A stretch of DNA of 64,000 bases from positions 17,672,001-17,736,000 of the forward strand of contig CM052832.1 in assembly GCA_028534125.1 (NCBI GenBank), given 5' to 3'. The position numbers and the translations under genes were made by a program. Positions 13,591 through 25,905 of this stretch are shown here, piece by piece. Position 1 is the stretch's first letter. Each line of letters starts with the position of its first letter. The notes under the pieces are model-generated. The model was given only the letters and a program-made list of their open reading frames with translations. It did no database searches and was not told the DNA's origin. The stretch comes from Lama glama (Eukaryota).

Positions 13591-15454
13591 TTAGCCTAAG
13601 CTGACTTGTACAATCTCACAGCATTTCTGTACCAGGGGCTGCAGAGAACCTACAAGGAGTCATACATAATTTCTGCAAAGGACTCATAATCAAATGAGCA
13701 GGATAAGAGAGGCAAACAAATATATACAAAGCAAAACGTAAGGTAATTATCCTAAGAAATAAACAATGTGCTATGGGAGGTTGAAGAAGGGAAAAACTGG
13801 AAGTGGTTACAGGAACTGAAGTATATTTATGTTTGTTAGAAATCAGACATAAAATACAGCTCAACCTAAATAATAATAAATTCATTATTTTTTAAAATTG
13901 AATAGTCACCAAATAAGACTTGTTCTACACATCTTTCAGGTGAACGTGGTCTCTTTCATGCTTTTTTGATTAAAAAAAACTTTGGAACCCCAACTCAGCA
14001 CCCAAACTGTGATTAAGAAGATCCAAAGTTTCTTTCATGAGGAATAAATTGGCTTTACTTATAAATTTCTTTACCATTCATGCCCATGCTGAAGTGGGTT
14101 GGCTGTATGTCTTGACAAGAATAAAATTCAGCTGTCTATTCATCCATTCATTCCCTAAATTATTACAGAAAGGATCAGAGGTTGGCTACACAGAGTATGT
14201 CACAGGTCCATGTCGGAGAATTCAATCATGACTTTCAAGCCAATACTTGCCTAACACTTGCTTAAGACATCTAACATTTGAGGAAATCTACTTGATAGTC
14301 GTTTAACTTTCCATACATTTAGATTTTCTAAGTCTAACTCTTTTATAGGCAAGATTATCATATAAAGCAAAACCCTGAATACACCATCCTAGCCACATGC
14401 TGAAATGCTTTGTTGAGTTACAATTTTATGGAATAAAGTAAAACTACACTCACCAGCATGGATCAATCTCACAAACATAATGTTGAGAGAAGTAAGTCAC
14501 ACAGAAAAGAAAAAGACTGATATACCAGACTACATTAAATTTAAAAACCAAAGCTCATCGAAAGACACCATTAAGAGAATAAAAAGGTAAGCCATGGAGT
14601 TGGAGAGGATATGTGCATTCTCTGTGAAAAGGGCTCATATAGAGAATGTGTAATTCCTGTAACACGTGTATGAACCGAACAGGAACTTTCCATGAAGAAT
14701 ACCAAACCACCAATAAGCACACAGTAAGCTAGCCTACTCTAACCCAGCATGACACCTGTAGGAATGCAAGTGGTCTCAGAAGGACTGGCTCTCCTAACAA
14801 TGAATAGTATACTGAGTTACAATGTAAAATGCAGTTCTTACTGCATAAAGTGTTTGACAAACATTAGCCTAGAGAAGATGTTTCACACTTCCTAGTAGAA
14901 AAAAACAAGGAATTTTATGGTCTGGCCCCCAGCGTTCTCTCCAGTTTCATTTATCACCACTTCCATAATGCATTCTGTAATCAGTCATGGAGAATTTCCT
15001 TCTTTCCCCCAGATGCACCAGGCTTTTTAACATGCTATTCTCCCCGTACCTTCCTTCATTCGTTTCACGTGGTCGAACTCTTTCTTCGAGATTTCATCCT
15101 CCTTCGAAGATTTTGCAGCCCTCTCATAAGTACTTGTTACACCTTTAATGCAAAGCATGCTGTATAAATCTAGTGGCTGTATCACTGTAATTGCTGTTTT
15201 CTATCTACTCCCTTCTCCCTTTCCCCAAACAGACTGTAAGCCGCTGAAGAGTGGGGTGCTTTTTTCATTTATCTTTGTATTCTTAGAACCTGGCACAAGA
15301 CCATACCTAAAATAGAAAATCATTAATACCAGAATTTGAGTTCACAAGGAATAAACATGTTACACACATTTTGATCTCCTAACATTCAACTCTTCAGTAA
15401 AAGAAATTTCTTTTTCTAGAATGTCTGCTCCTTCAAAGTCTTCGGAATACTTAC

Positions 15455-15590
15455 CACTTACTGCTCAGGATTCACAGTTGGGCTGGTCTGGGGTGGGATA
15501 TGGCATCACTTTGGTGCTGATCCCAGAAGGGTATTTTCCACCCAGAAGACTGCGTCCGCAAACTTCCGTCCTAAGAACAAACCAAGACAC
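15455..15590 (-). pseudogene. Decayed post-SCAN linker exon relic
   Basis: Reads VFWVENTLLGSAPK*CHIPPQ, similar to the VLWEE-type linker exon of SCAN genes; donor AGTG|GTAAGT at 15455; candidate acceptors at 15570 and 15590. Confidence 0.6.
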
Positions 15591-15829
15591 CTGGGGCCAA
15601 AGGGGTAAACACTGAAAACACTGGCAATTACAACACAGACATGGGGTGACAGGGAATTCTCTCCAGAGCAGAGCAAGGAGAAAATCACGGTCTCCTTCAA
15701 TTGCCTAAGGCAGGGAGAAGTAGGGCAAAGAAATTAACACCTTCAACCCAGAAAAGCAATGTCAACTTCGTGGTGCTTTGCTGAGGCCCTTCACTGCTTG
15801 TAAATATGTGCCTTATTTTCTCTAACACG

Positions 15830-16110
15830 CCTTGAGGTCCTATCTCCTCTGCTCGCCTTCAGCCACCATGTCTAGGTCTAAAGTTACTTGAGTAGTGCAG
15901 TAAGTACCACCTCAATAATAGAAACTTCATGATGTGCTTTTTAACATGCATCTGTGGTCTCAGTGTCTGAGGGTACAAGCTGGCTCAGAGAATTCAGTGT
16001 CTTATAGCTGACTTGTCTGAATTGCTGATGAGAATTCAGGGAAACTGTGCATCCTTTGGAACACAAAGTCCTACTCTGAGGAATGAACACGACTTCCACT
16101 TCCCAGAGTG
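15830..16110 (-). pseudogene. Decayed SCAN-domain exon relic
   Basis: 16033-16004 = SHQQFRQVSY, then SLSQL, then after a frameshift 15963-15913 = LRPQMHVKKHIMKFLLL; colinear with SCAN consensus [31 protein letters not shown]. Confidence 0.75.
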
Positions 16111-17302
16111 TTCCCTCCTACCTGTCCACAGTGCAGACCAAAGCAATCTGCAATTTCTATCAGTTTAGTGTTCATCTTGAACCTCAAACGTTTCAGGGAT
16201 CAAAAGAGTTTCAGGCCTGTTACCCAGGAGTAAGAAATCACTACTAATATGGAAAAATAATAACAAAGCAATTCTTTTAAAGCCCAGATTCCGTTTGAGT
16301 TTCATATGCATATAGGATTTGAGTTTTAGGCCTGGGGATAGAGCTAGGAATTTAGGCTATAGTCGGGTGAACAGATCTCCTGGGATTTCCACAGACACAG
16401 CAAAGATATTTCCTGAACTGAATTCATTAACTGTCAACCACCTCCCAAATCTGAGCTCTTCTGGTTGATTACAGGTATCAAGTTTCACATAGTCACTCAA
16501 ATAGATCCTTGAAAGTGATCCTAAAACTAATGCCAACCCCAACTCAACAACTGTTCCCCAACCTTGTTCGATCTTCATACCTGAGTCTTGGCATTTGTCA
16601 CATTATACTTTGAGAAACACTGAATGCAAGGGTTAGAAGCACCTGTCACTCTGGGAGGTTTCTGTTTTTGTTTTGTTTTGGCTCAGGAACCTCGGTTAAG
16701 TTCTGGGGGTTCCTGGATTAGTAAATCAAAAGGCCTGGGGCTTTAACTAGGCAAGAATAACCTTGAAGGATTATCAATGGAATTCCTACCTAAGAGAGAT
16801 AGTCTGCCTTCTGCCAAGAGGTTACTAACTCATTAAACCATCTCTGAGAGCACAGTATATCAAAGGCAAAGAAAGGAAGACCAATAGGTTAGTATTTCCA
16901 GATTCAATGAGGATTTGTGGTCCCTGGCTCACCAACCAACATTACTTTCAGTTTCAAAATGTAATGTTTCACCTGTAATATTGGTAGCACCAATAACAAT
17001 AAAAGGCTTGTACAGAAGAAAAGTTAAAATAGTGTTTGAAATACTGAAGTCTCCTCTTACTAAAATAACAAACTACACTATGGTATAATTTACCTTGAGT
17101 TGTAAAACTGCATTCTTAGAAGTAGATGTGATTTTAGAGCCTTAGTCAGTCATTATGATGATGGAGTCATTTTTCGTTGACTTCCCATTTCTTCCATATT
17201 CAAGAAACTAAGTGTTAACTAAAACTAATTTTTACCACATTCTTCTTTTGGTGATAACTTCAGATATTAAAAAAAGCCTTTGTAATATCTTCACCATATA
17301 AA

Positions 17303-18199
<897 letters not shown>

Positions 18200-18589
18200 T
18201 TATTCCCTGCAGCTAAAGTAATATTATGTGATTCAGACTTAACTAGTACTATCATGTTTGATAAATCCAGGACACACTGATCACATGGCAGTCAGATAAA
18301 ATTTCTTTATTCAGTCTGTACCACCTCAGAACTATTGGAATAAATATGTTAAATCTACCTTTATAAAGGTATCTAAAGCACAAAATCTTGGATTTAAGTG
18401 AGTATACAATATATGCTTTCTACTTTAAAAGACTTTTTATCATATTTAACTAAATTGGGAAAAAAGACAAGAATTGAAGAGATATGCAGAGCTTTCAGCT
18501 TAACTGGCCTTTTCTTTGAAGCAAAATGAAAATATTTCAAGAATATCTAAATAAAGCTGCCAAGTGTCGCTCAGCCACCAAGGTCATAA

Positions 18590-19200
18590 CAACACAAAGG
18601 AGAGGTGAGGGCACGGGGCAGAGAGAAAATAAGGTCTCCTCCGTTCCCCTCCCTCCCCTTCCCGCGCCCGGAAACCAGCCCCGTTAGAACCTCGAGGAGG
18701 GGCACTCGGAAAACTTGAGTCTTCCAAGCCTTGGAGACAGTGATGGGGAACTCAGGTGGGGTGCGGATGACTCTGGGGAGTCGGCAATGCCAGTACGGCC
18801 ACGGCCCAGAGAAGACGGAGGAGGAAAAGGACAGAAAAAGAGGGAGGAGGAGGAGGAGAAGGAAAGGGGAGTAAGAGACCGGAGGAGAGTACGAAGGATC
18901 GGGGGAGCGGGCGGAGGGACAGAGGGGAAGGAGAGGGGTCGAGGCGCCGGGTCGAGGGGAAGTCTGCGGCAACCAGGCGCAGCACAGAGTAACTTTCTCC
19001 GGGGCTCTTCGCCCCAGAGCGCACTCAAAACCCGCAGAGAACGATGAGAGGTCTCACCTGGGAAATCGTTAAGTGTTGCACCAACGGATCGGCGCCCGCC
19101 CTCATCTCGCGAGGTCGACTTCCGCAGAATCCCGCTCCGGTACCTAGTGGTCCGCTCTAGGATCCGGGAGGCTTCCCTCTCGGTGGTTCATGAGCTGACG
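18590..19200 (-). promoter_or_regulatory. CpG-island promoter and non-coding first exon upstream of the 8-finger ORF
   Basis: GC/CpG-rich; donor CAG|GTGAGA with exon end at 19058; TCTCGCGAGG (BANP/Kaiso-like palindrome) 19105-19114; ETS-like ACTTCCG; blocks identical to the ZSCAN16 promoter. Confidence 0.75.
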
Positions 19201-19469
19201 ACTCGAAAGGAGAAAAAGAGGAAAAGATTCTATTTACTTAGAAAAAGGCATTTAGGCGTTTGAGCTCTTTTAATCCTGCAGGGAAGATGTGACAGTCCTC
19301 CCTTCTAACATAAGAAACCCGAGAAGCAGGTAAGTTTTCCGAGGTTGGACGACCAAAACAGCGGAGATGAAATTTGAACATAGATCTGTTACAGTCCCAA
19401 CTCCTTCCACTTGCCTCCCAGGGGAGGGGAACCGGCGAAAGGCTCCTCAGGGCTTAAGACTCAGAAAGT

Positions 19470-20130
19470 AATCTTTATGTTAATTTGTAAATTTAACACT
19501 ATTCCAATAAAAATATGACCTTTTTAATAAGTAGATTTTGAAATTCATGTAGAAAAATAAGACTGCCCAAGAAAACTGAAAAAGAAGGGCAGTGAAGGGG
19601 CACTTGTCCTACAGATTTTAAACATAAAGCTTCAATGATTAAACAGTGTGGTACTGGTGAGTGAGATAGACAGACCAATGATACAGAATAGAAAATCCAG
19701 AAATAGATGCAATCACAGGCAGAAACCTAGCATATAAAGGTAGAAAATCTAAGAGAATGATGAATATAGACCTTTCAATAAATATATGGGGAGAACTGTG
19801 TAATCATCTGGAAAAACATTAAATTGGATTCCTACCTCACTCTGCACACCTGTAAATATTCCAAATAAATCGAAATTGTACATGTTATAAACGAAACCAT
19901 AAAAGCACCAGAGGAAAACGTGGGGAGAAGTCTTTTATAACTTCAGAGTAGGAAGGCCTTTCTAATTACAAGCCAAAATCCAAAGGCCATAAATGAAAAG
20001 ACTGATAAATTTTTTCCCCTACACAAAGAATCCACACTCCTGCAAGGTAAAACAAATAAAACCACCTTAAGCAAAGTGAAAGAAAAATAAAAAGTGGATA
20101 ACATACTTACAACTTATATCTCAGACAACA
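19470..20130 (+). mobile_element. Old L1 ORF2 fragment
   Basis: aacagtgtggtactgg, tagacagaccaatg...agaatagaaaatccagaaataga, ggattcctacctcac. Confidence 0.8.
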
Positions 20131-20354
20131 GACAGCAAAGATGGAACTCCTGAGCAATAAAATATCATGGAAATGGCAGAGCTGAACTAGATTCCCTATT
20201 GTTCCACCCTCATGTTGAACTTAACCAGACTGCTGAGCATTCACAACCTCACACCCCAATCTCATTAAATAGAAACTTAAAAAGAAAAGTGTCTTTAGGT
20301 CCCTTACATCCAGAACCTTCATAAAATTACAGAATGTCGAAGTTTAACACTTAC

Positions 20355-20499
20355 AACTCTCTTGTAGGGAGAAGGGTCCCTATAATTGATATTTCAATGG
20401 TGTATTCCCAGGTAGGAGCTGGAGACACAGTGTTTCTCCTGCTGCCAGAGTTGACATTTCTTAATAGATCATTTCTTGACTGTGTGCAAGAGCTGGGAC
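20355..20499 (-). pseudogene. Dead post-SCAN linker exon (145 nt, phase 0-1)
   Basis: Translates VPALAHSQEMIY*EMSTLAAGETLCLQLLPGNTPLKYQL*GPFSLQES, versus ZKSCAN8 linker VPARAHGHRVLWEE...LQGSQER (142 nt, same phases). Donor GTAAGT intact; acceptor reads ccctg instead of cag; two stops. Confidence 0.85.
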
Positions 20500-20854
20500 C
20501 AGGGAAAAATTTAACACGTGAAATTGTGAAGGAATCGCTGTATCAACAAATAAATCAGCAGAACACGCTAGTCCTAGGAAGGTAAGTAGGAGAAGAAATA
20601 ATTACAACAAGTATCTAGATAGCATGTCTTTATGTAGGTAATATTCATGCAATGTAAAAGGCAGGTGCTTTTATCATCCTCACATACAGATGAGGAAATG
20701 GAGGCACAGAGATTATGTTATTTGGCCATTATGACAATCTGACTTTAGATTTACATGCCTAAAAAGGAGGAAAAAATAGAAGAATCACTAAGAGACTAAA
20801 AGCCTTAAGATGACTTGATAAATACGTCTTTGTTGCTGCCCTATTTTCTAGGGC

Positions 20855-21047
20855 TAATTCCCTCTGGAGGTCCTCCAGCTTAGTCACTCTCCCAAAGACC
20901 TTCCCCCTCCCCTCCCCTCCTCTCCCTCTAATGCTGCTCCCATTCCTAGACCTCGCATTCCTCAGCAGAATTGTCAACCTGGAGCCAGCTCAGAGCAGTT
21001 TTCCAGTAACAGAATCCTTGGAACCAGCAAAAGCAGCTCTTCTAAAA
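20855..21047 (-). pseudogene. Dead SCAN-domain exon with internal deletion
   Basis: ALSWLQ joined directly to LTIL-EECEV*EWEQH*, then VTKLEDLQREL (20887-20855), matching SCAN ALSRLRE...[17 protein letters not shown]...[11 protein letters not shown]; the central [18 protein letters not shown] segment is missing. Confidence 0.75.
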
Positions 21048-21739
21048 TTGGGGACTGCAATTCAGTAAAATTCCTCTTGAGGTCTCCTTTTTCGGGGGAT
21101 ACTTCTGTAAAAGAAATATTAATTTACTCAAAGAAAAAGACTGCTATAGTTGTTACACTAATGACTGAGGGTTATGGGAGTTAAAAAAAAAAAACAATGC
21201 CAAATAAGGGGCCAACTTGCAAAGGGCGGTTAGAGCACAGAATCACAGACTGGGATTAGCAGGCGTGTCCCTGTGCCACAGGAATCTCCGTGCCATTGCT
21301 TCGGAGCACTACTGGGAGAGAGGGGCGTCGGGAGAACAGCACCGCTGTTTCCGGAAGGCGGTTCTGCCCAGGCGTGAACGGTGAATTTACTGCTATAGGG
21401 AAGGGCGGTCATTTATGGTCAAGCCAAAATACAGAAATAAAGATTCTGAATTCTAAAGGAAATATGGGCACAAAACGCAGATGTGGAAGAGGAAACCTCT
21501 CCTAAATTAAGAGCTCCTAATACTTATTTCCAATCATTTGCAGTTTCTCCCTTTTGTTTGGAACGGCAAGCTGAGGGTCTGGTGGTCATCGATCCCAAGT
21601 GTACCAGAGCTACACGCTGTTAACGTGACTCGGTAAAACTCTGAAGACCTCAGGAAAGATCAGGGTATAATCCCGAGAGGAAAGTAGTCCCAAACTCCAG
21701 CTGCAGAGTCAGGGGAAAAATCCTTCCCTGGAAGGTTGC

Positions 21740-22000
21740 ATTTGTGCTTATTGCCCACCGTCCCAGGACCGCATTTCGGGGTTCGTGACCACGCTCCACC
21801 CGAGCCAGTCGAGGGAGAGGGAATCTGAGGGGCTGCAGCTGAGCAGCACCCACACTACCAACCAAATGCAAAGCGGCTCAGCCTAAACAGCAGCAAGCTC
21901 CGAGACTCCCCCGCGGGCGTTAAGGCCTCATCACTTCCGGGGCGGGGCATAGCTTGTCCCAAGGCGGGCAGTCTGGGGGAGGGTCTGCTCGCCCAGGCCC
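21740..22000 (-). promoter_or_regulatory. Small CpG-rich promoter-like element upstream of the dead SCAN exon
   Basis: CACTTCCGG (ETS) fused to a GGGGCGGGGC GC box at ~21932-21948; local CpG enrichment. Confidence 0.6.
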
Positions 22001-22316
22001 GGACCCTACTCAGTCATTTCTGGAAGCACTTCTGCCCCAGTACATCCCCAGACTCGGAATTCCTGCCTCCTCCTCACGAAGGTGGTTTGGTGATTTTTTA
22101 CTTCCTGATTTTACCCAGGGTAGGACCACCCTTGAATCCTGGAATTTAAAGACATTGCAACTGGGAAAGAGCAGTGTCTCCAGTGTGGGCCCTACAGAAT
22201 TCCTAAAACTGACACAAGAGCTCTGATCTTCATTACTAATGATCTGAATTTAAATGCTTCACATCTTATGCGCTTTCTTCAAGATTAGGGACCAGACCCG
22301 AGAAAGCAGGACTTAC

Positions 22317-22379
22317 AAAAAAAAAAAAAAAAAAGGGCTTCAGTACTACAAAATCCCTTGGACTACTCAGTCGTTTATT
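22317..22379 (-). terminator. ZKSCAN8: Candidate distal poly(A) site of ZKSCAN8 (implies ~6.5 kb 3' UTR)
   Basis: AATAAA on minus at 22374-22379, upstream TGTA (~22411) and a downstream U18 tract (22317-22334). Confidence 0.55.
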
Positions 22380-23410
22380 AAACTCAAGACAGTCAGTATA
22401 CTGGTTTGGATGTACAAGCTGATAAAAGGGATAGTTCCTAAAATGAAACAATGCAAGTGGAGACACTAAGTATGAATATATCCCATGGCACTGTATAAAT
22501 CAAGAACATAAAACAATAAGGGTCACAATTAGCCAAAAAACAAATAGGCAGTCTCAGTCCTGGATTCTATTTCCACCTGTACCACTAACTTAATGGGTGA
22601 CCTGATATAAACCACATGACCTTTCTGGACCTCCATTTACAGACTAATGCGTTGAAAAGTGATCTCAAAAGTCACTTCCAAACCTAGCACTCTATAGACT
22701 ATATGAATAAAGATAAAAGTAATGGTTATTTCTTCGGTATATTACATATTTAAACTGATCTTCTAATTCTGGGATTGATCCGTTTTAAACCTGTTGAAGG
22801 AAGTACCCCTGAGTAACAAAAGACTAGCTTTTAGAAGGTCTTTTACATTGTTTAATTTCCTAATAGTCACATTCCCCCCTACATGTTTGCCTTCCTAAGT
22901 AGGATTTAACAAAGTATGTTAAAAACTTTGTAAGTGGGAATATGGCAAACTTTGACAACATTTTCGCTTGTGGTTTCCTTGGGAAGTTGGCAGTTATTCC
23001 TGTCTAGCGGCTTCCTAGGGGGCTGTTGAGGGTCAAATGTCGTCCCAATCTTTGATAAGTTAGTTGCAGTTCCCCTGCTAAAGAGTGTTTTATGTTTCAC
23101 TTTATGAACCCAGTGTTTTATGTTTCATTTTATGCAGTGAACCAAGATATAGAAGGTGAAAACTAGATTTGTACTCCTATAACACCTTCCACTTGGTATA
23201 AAGAATGGAGACAGATCTGATGCTGAAGGCAACCTTAGCACATACATACATGCTGCTGTGAACTCCAAACATTAAGGCTTTTTATAATCCTACAAACTGC
23301 AAAACATATAAACACTTAGGATTCTCATAAAGCTTGGCATAGCTAATTTTTCTAACTGCAAAAAAATTTTTTATTTCATCTCTCTTCTTTTTCCTATATA
23401 TATATCTAGA

Positions 23411-23613
23411 CCAGGGTTTCTCAACCTTGGCACTGTTAAACATATGAAGCTCTGTCATTCTTTTGCTGTAGGGGTTGTCCTGTGCATGCAGGATGGTGAA
23501 CAATATCCCCAACCTCTATCTACTAGATCCCAACAGTATCCTAGCCACCCACTGATGGTACAACCAAAAGTGTCTCCAGACATTGCCCAGTTTCTCTAGT
23601 TGAGAACCACTGG
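23411..23613 (+). mobile_element. MER20 (hAT-Charlie) DNA transposon relic
   Basis: Terminal inverted repeats cagggtttctcaac ... gttgagaaccactg; internal aaaagtgtctccagacattgcc. Confidence 0.85.
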
Positions 23614-23899
23614 TTTAATTTCAGATATAAAAGTCTACTCTCAAGCACTTTTGCAATGATAAATAGTAATCTTTAGAGTTTCCTATTTTCTTTCTTAACC
23701 AGTAAGTCTGGCCAAATGGAAAGTTTCACATTTCAACTTTTCACAGGTACCCTCCTCAAATTGAATTTTTTGGTCTTAGTCTTAAGTGTAGGCAGTTATC
23801 CATGTATAACAGAAATGGGTCAGTGCACAAATTTTTAAGATACATCCTTGAAAGTAGTTTAAAATTTTCTGTAGATAAAACACCATAAATAATCCACAC

Positions 23900-24900
23900 A
23901 ATAATTCAACAAGCATTTATTCAACGCCTACTGTGTGCTCAGCACTGTACTAGGCACTAAGGGGTGCAGAGATACAAATGTAAAAGTTAGTATTCCTGCC
24001 CTCAAGGAGCTTACAATTCTGGAAATAAATACAAACGTGAACTACAATACAGAGTGCTAGAAAATAATTATAAAACAACTTATCAGTAAGTACACGGACC
24101 ACAGTACAAACTCAAAGGATCAGTGCTGAGGCAGCACAGAATAAGGGAGGTCTTAGTGTGAGATGAAATCGCCAGGGAGAGCTCACTCAGAAGATACACT
24201 GGAAGCTAGGTTTTGAAGGGAGTAATGAACAATGAGCCGGGGCCACAGAGAAATCTAAGCACAGGAACAGCATGAGAAAGGCACAGAGGCAAGGGCTTAT
24301 AAGACAACAGTGGAAGGTCACAGGAAGTTTGACCATGATGCATCAAGGTGAATGTACTGGAGTGTAATGAGGCTGAGGCAGATTAAGCATGGAGAACAAG
24401 GTGATGGAGAACTTGGAGCATCACTGCTCTGATAGGAATTATCTGCTGGGGTTCTTGAGTGAAAAATGAGACAACATGAAAATGGAGTTTGAGGAGGATC
24501 ATCTTGGAAGCATACAAGGCATGGGAGGAAAGAAACTAAAAAGAAAGGATTATAATAACCTGGGCCTCAGATGAAATGGATCAGCAGAGATTTATAAAGG
24601 GATGGCAAAAATGTAAAAAATCCAGCTCCTTCAAGGAGAAAACCAACTAAGAACTGGAACAACTTAGCAAGATTTTGGACATGAACAGTGGAGACCAGAA
24701 AAAGACTAAAGGATAACTCCAAGATTGGGATAAGAAATGAAGGGTAGTGAGTCTGGTTAGGGTAAAGATGTTAAGCAAAGATGCCTATTTAAAAGGAAAA
24801 TGGGGGCTGGGGACAGAATGATGAGTTCTGTTTTCAAATAGCAAGATAGGTACCTGGGGAGAAGTTCACAAGTTGAGAGATAACCCACCCCATACAGAAA
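23900..24900 (-). mobile_element. L2 LINE 3' region
   Basis: attcaacaagcatttattcaacgcctactgtgtgctcagcactgtactaggcact then purine-rich L2 body. Confidence 0.75.
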
Positions 24901-25704
24901 TACAGAAGTGTAAACAATCAAAATACATAAATAGAAGTATAGAAAAAGTAGTGAATAAAATTAAGACATGGAGATTTTTCTCAGTGGAGAGGAGGGGAAA
25001 AAAAGACCAATAAAGAGAAGCTAAAAGTGAAGAAAATTGACGAAAAAGGAGCATAGAATTCCTGAGATGCTGGGGAAATTCAAGAGTATGAAATATAGAT
25101 CAAGGACAAGAACAGAGAAAAGGCAGCATTTATCCACTGATTCTCAGGACATTTCAGTGGAGTTAAGTAGAGCAAGAAGTTTGAAGAATAGATTAATGAG
25201 GCAACGGGGTTTAACAATGGATGACTGGATTGAAAAAGCATGAATGACAGAAGAAAAATAAAATGGTAGTTGGAAATGAGCAGTCAAGTCGAAGCTTTCA
25301 CACATTTTATGCTGTAGAGGAACTTCCTGTTGTCGTCTTAACTATCCATCTGCCTGCCCAGGGCGTGGATGTTTCATTTCCCTCCACAATGCTACTTTCT
25401 CTGGGGCAGTTTAAAGAGAAGTCTATTTGAATCTATGTTATTGGTTGGTCCTCCCAGTTTTTAAACATGTTTTACTTTTTTAAACATGTTTTACTTGCAG
25501 AATTTAGCTTTCTAGTACCACAAAGCATCAAAGTATCAACATTTAAAGATATAATTATAAACCAAAAAATTTTGGTAATTGTACTGGATTTGCACTATAC
25601 TGTACATTTCCTTCCCCAGTAACTTTTAGGACCAGGGATATGTAATTTTTAAATGGCTGGACAGGGTTAGGGTGTTCATTGACGATATGGTAGCCCCATT
25701 GTCA

Positions 25705-25905
25705 GGAGCACAGGCTCAGAGTATCGGGCTATGTGGGTTAGAATCCCTGCTCTATCACTTACTAGCTGTGTGATCTTTGTCAACGCACTCAATTCTCTAA
25801 GCCTGTTTCCTCATCTGTAAAATGAAGGATATAGTATCTATCAGAAGCATGAGAAATACATATGTAGGGTTTGGTACATAGTAAGTGCTCAATAAACGTC
25901 AGCTA
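25705..25905 (+). mobile_element. MIR SINE
   Basis: ctctatcacttactagctgtgtgatc...ttcctcatctgtaaaatg...acatagtaagtgctcaataaa. Confidence 0.85.

Noticed and set aside
23084..23134. Short tandem duplications (also ~25458-25497, ~49269-49296, ~61903-61945)
   Set aside because: Ordinary two-copy slippage events with no evident function.
23917..23922. AATAAA on the minus strand as main ZKSCAN8 poly(A) signal
   Set aside because: It is part of the L2 3' end consensus; possible as an alternative site, but the 22374 signal has better flanking elements.
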